64,000 bases of DNA, taken from positions 186,001 to 250,000 of the forward strand of contig CP142734.1 of the NCBI GenBank assembly GCA_036630325.1. Direction: 5' to 3'. Of this stretch, positions 63,040-64,000 are shown in pieces; the stretch's first letter is position 1; each line of letters starts with the position of its first letter. Made by a program: the position numbers and the translations under genes. The notes beneath the pieces are model-generated. The model did no database searches, was not told where the DNA came from, and saw nothing but the letters and a program-made list of their open reading frames with translations. The stretch is from Vairimorpha necatrix (lineage: Eukaryota).

Positions 63040-63990
63040 TTATATGCCAGTACTATATAAACCTGAAAGAAATGCGGGATAAAATAACACAATTACATAT
63101 AAAAAATTCCCTAATACACTTTCTGAAGTAAATTTCGTAAAATATTCCGAAGAATACCTATAAGGATATGATTTAGCGTTTTTAAGGTTAATTACGTTAT
63201 TTGTTTCTTGTTTAATAAAAACGTTATCTGAAATAAAATTATCATCGTTTTTTTGTTGTCTTGTATTATTATTTTTACTATGTAGTTTAAAATCGCATTT
63301 TCTACTTGCATCTTTCAAATCTTCGTTCGTTGTTTGTTCAATAAATCCAATGTTTAAATTTTTATCTTTCAAAATTTTTGTTTCTAGTTCGCTGGTTTCG
63401 GATAAAACATCATCAAAATTGTAGATATTATTCTCTTGAAAAAAAAATTTCGGACATTTAACAAACAAATCTAGAATTTTTCCACTTACATCTAAACTTT
63501 TTTTCCCCCAAAAATCTAACTTCTTAAAAAATATTCCATTCTCACAATAGTATATTTGAGAATGTGCCCATGATATGGAAGCGTTTTCTTTTTCAGTAAA
63601 AATCACATCAAAATAAAAGCATTTGAAATCATGTATATTAAATTGAGCTTTATAATATCTAACACTATTTATAAAATCACTACGGTAGGTTTCTTCTTTA
63701 GTCTCAAGTGCCAATTTCCTTGTTTTTTCATAATCTTTTTTGTCTATTAAATTCAAAGGAAGTCCTTTGTTTATTGTACATTCAAATTTACTTTTTAGAT
63801 TATCATCTTTTATGTTGGTAATCCAGGTATTTAAAACTTCTGTAAAGATAAAAAAATTGTAATTGGCGATTTTATCAGCTTTCGAGGAAACTCCGACATA
63901 TACATCACAAGTATGATTATCCTCATGCTTTACAAAAAAATATAATGAACAATTTGCAAAAATTATACAAAATAATAGATCTAAAACCAT
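63040..63990 (-). CDS. Family member with signal-like start and C-terminal hydrophobic anchor (316 aa)
   Basis: CCCC-ATG on the minus strand; TCDVYVGVS, DYEKTRKLA, DFINSVRYYKAQF, ISWAHSQIY; tail VLGNFLYVIVLFYPAFLSGLY. Confidence 0.88.
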   Translation of the reverse strand: MVLDLLFCIIFANCSLYFFVKHEDNHTCDVYVGVSSKADKIANYNFFIFTEVLNTWITNIKDDNLKSKFECTINKGLPLNLIDKKDYEKTRKLALETKEETYRSDFINSVRYYKAQFNIHDFKCFYFDVIFTEKENASISWAHSQIYYCENGIFFKKLDFWGKKSLDVSGKILDLFVKCPKFFFQENNIYNFDDVLSETSELETKILKDKNLNIGFIEQTTNEDLKDASRKCDFKLHSKNNNTRQQKNDDNFISDNVFIKQETNNVINLKNAKSYPYRYSSEYFTKFTSESVLGNFLYVIVLFYPAFLSGLYSTGI

Positions 63991-64000
63991 GGGGTATAAA

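Noticed and set aside
1..64000. CRISPR arrays, rRNA, telomeric repeats, prokaryotic operons
   Set aside because: No regularly spaced repeat-spacer array, rRNA-like GC-rich block or telomere motif seen; the content is eukaryotic.

Overview
Very AT-rich, gene-poor, intron-free eukaryotic DNA. It is most consistent with a large-genome microsporidian: CCC/GGG motifs sit immediately upstream of the start codons and the transposon lineages fit, but this assignment is inference. Host genes are few. They comprise seven copies (four intact, three broken) plus one 3' fragment of an unrecognised family of predicted secreted or membrane-anchored proteins, and a C2H2 zinc-finger gene with a decayed paralog. 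The rest is a layered transposon record whose boundaries can be read to the base. (1) A Ty3/Gypsy element with only 49-bp LTRs and no visible protease sits exactly at the junction of a ~5.4-kb tandem duplication. (2) An APE-type LINE with a poly(T) 3' tail and a highly structured 3' UTR is nested inside that element's gag zinc knuckle. (3) Two inverted Merlin-like MITEs have flipped the 0.7 kb between them. (4) A Ginger2/KRBA2-like integrase DNA transposon has tRNA 3'-half/B-box sequence in its TIRs. (5) Also present are a second compact Gypsy, several solo LTRs, two short Merlin derivatives and two R4/Dong-like RLE retroelement relics. All comparisons were made by eye and no database searches were run.
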